From an uncultured bacterium (GTDB taxonomy: Bacteria > JAGOEH01), in NCBI GenBank assembly GCA_964632485.1, contig CAZWDO010000025.1:1-51033 (forward strand): DNA of 51,033 nt, in the 5' to 3' direction. Both the position numbers and the translations under genes were made by a program. The notes under the pieces were generated by a model. It saw only the letters and a list, made by a program, of their open reading frames with translations, did not search any database and had not been told where the DNA came from. This document shows, piece by piece, positions 50,530 to 51,033 of this stretch (position 1 is its first letter; each line of letters begins with the position of its first letter).

Positions 50530-50602
50530 GCTGGCGTAACTCAGCTGGTAGAGTAGCTGATTTGTAATCAGCCTGTCGGGGGTTCACATCCCTTCGACAG
50601 CT
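50530..50602 (+). tRNA. tRNA-Thr(TGT), atypical
   Basis: Cloverleaf, anticodon TGT 50563-65; G5-A68 acceptor mismatch, T-loop TTCACAT (C58). Confidence 0.85.
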
Positions 50603-50611
50603 TTTCTTTTA

Positions 50612-50694
50612 GGTGAGTTTCCCGAGCGGCCCAAGCGAGCAGTCTGTAAATCTGCCGGCAGACGCCTTCGGAGGTTCGAATCCTCCCCTCACCA
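50612..50694 (+). tRNA. tRNA-Tyr(GTA), atypical
   Basis: Anticodon GTA 50646-48, long variable arm, canonical T-arm; mismatches in acceptor, D and anticodon stems. Confidence 0.85.
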
Positions 50695-50698
50695 TCAC

Positions 50699-50771
50699 GC
50701 GGGAATAGCTCAGTTGGTAGAGCATCAGCCTTCCAAGCTGAGGGTCGCGGGTCCGAGTCCCGTTTCCCGCT
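50699..50771 (+). tRNA. tRNA-Gly(TCC), atypical T-loop
   Basis: Cloverleaf, anticodon TCC 50732-34; T-loop TCCGAGT. Confidence 0.92.
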
Positions 50772-50783
50772 TGATAAACTCAG

Positions 50784-50856
50784 GCCTACGTAGCTCAGTT
50801 GGCAGAGCACATCCTTGGTAAGGATGAGGTCACCGGTTCAATTCCGGTCGTAGGCT
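50784..50856 (+). tRNA. tRNA-Thr(GGT)
   Basis: Fully paired cloverleaf GCCTACG/CGTAGGC, anticodon loop TTGGTAA, T-loop TTCAATT. Confidence 0.97.
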
Positions 50857-50978
50857 AACGATTGTGTTCATTGCATCCTATCGTTCATTATTTGCTAAAA
50901 TAGTATATTACGGAAAAAGATAGGAAAGTAGAACTTGAATTTTTTGGGTTTTCAACCAGTTAACCAAGGAGAATCGGT

Positions 50979-51033
50979 ATGGCGAAGGAAAAATTTTCGC
51001 GGACAAAACCGCATGTGAATATAGGAACGATCG
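50979..51033 (+). CDS. tuf: Elongation factor Tu (5' end, partial)
   Basis: SD AAGGAG, MAKEKFSRTKPHVNIGTI; canonical position after Thr-Tyr-Gly-Thr tRNAs. Confidence 0.96.
   Translation, partial: MAKEKFSRTKPHVNIGTI

Noticed and set aside
50568-50810. 80-aa minus-strand ORF
   Set aside because: Antisense to tRNA genes
1-51033. CRISPR array, IS, integrase, prophage or rRNA
   Set aside because: No regularly spaced repeats, transposase or phage motifs, or rRNA sequence seen

Overview
Bacterial draft scaffold with two 10-N gaps (3516-3525, 28226-28235). It is probably from a non-Bacteroidota member of the FCB group (KSB1/Calditrichota/Marinimicrobia-like; inference from YPNPFN-type sorting tails together with sigma70 TTGACA promoters and strong Shine-Dalgarno sites). 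1-21.5 kb is an AT-rich surface-glycan locus: GT2/GT4/GT-C transferases, a Wzy-like protein, a Wzx flippase, five SAM methyltransferases (one broken by an in-frame TAG), two radical SAM/SPASM enzymes, an AlgX/AlgJ-like acetyltransferase, plus embedded EamA, PAS-GGDEF-EAL and mntP genes. 21.6-35.2 kb carries an AAC(3)-family acetyltransferase, a chemoreceptor, two large secreted proteins with T9SS-type C-terminal tails, and nadE. 35.2-48.1 kb is a second glycan locus: wzx, Wza-, Wzz- and Wzy-like genes, a WbpB/WbpD/WbpE-like trio, and a convergent operon of FemAB/GNAT-like, deacetylase-like, GT4, GT4, GT2 genes. The window ends with ilvB-ilvN and the tRNA-Thr/Tyr/Gly/Thr-tuf operon. Best lead: a clustered Wbp/Vim-like aminoacyl-sugar pathway beside T9SS-type cargo genes. 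Other leads: several invariant-position defects in three tRNAs, dense D-(S/T)-hydrophobic O-glycosylation sequons in one cargo protein, and two candidate structured RNAs. All family calls come from motif recognition by eye; no searches were run.
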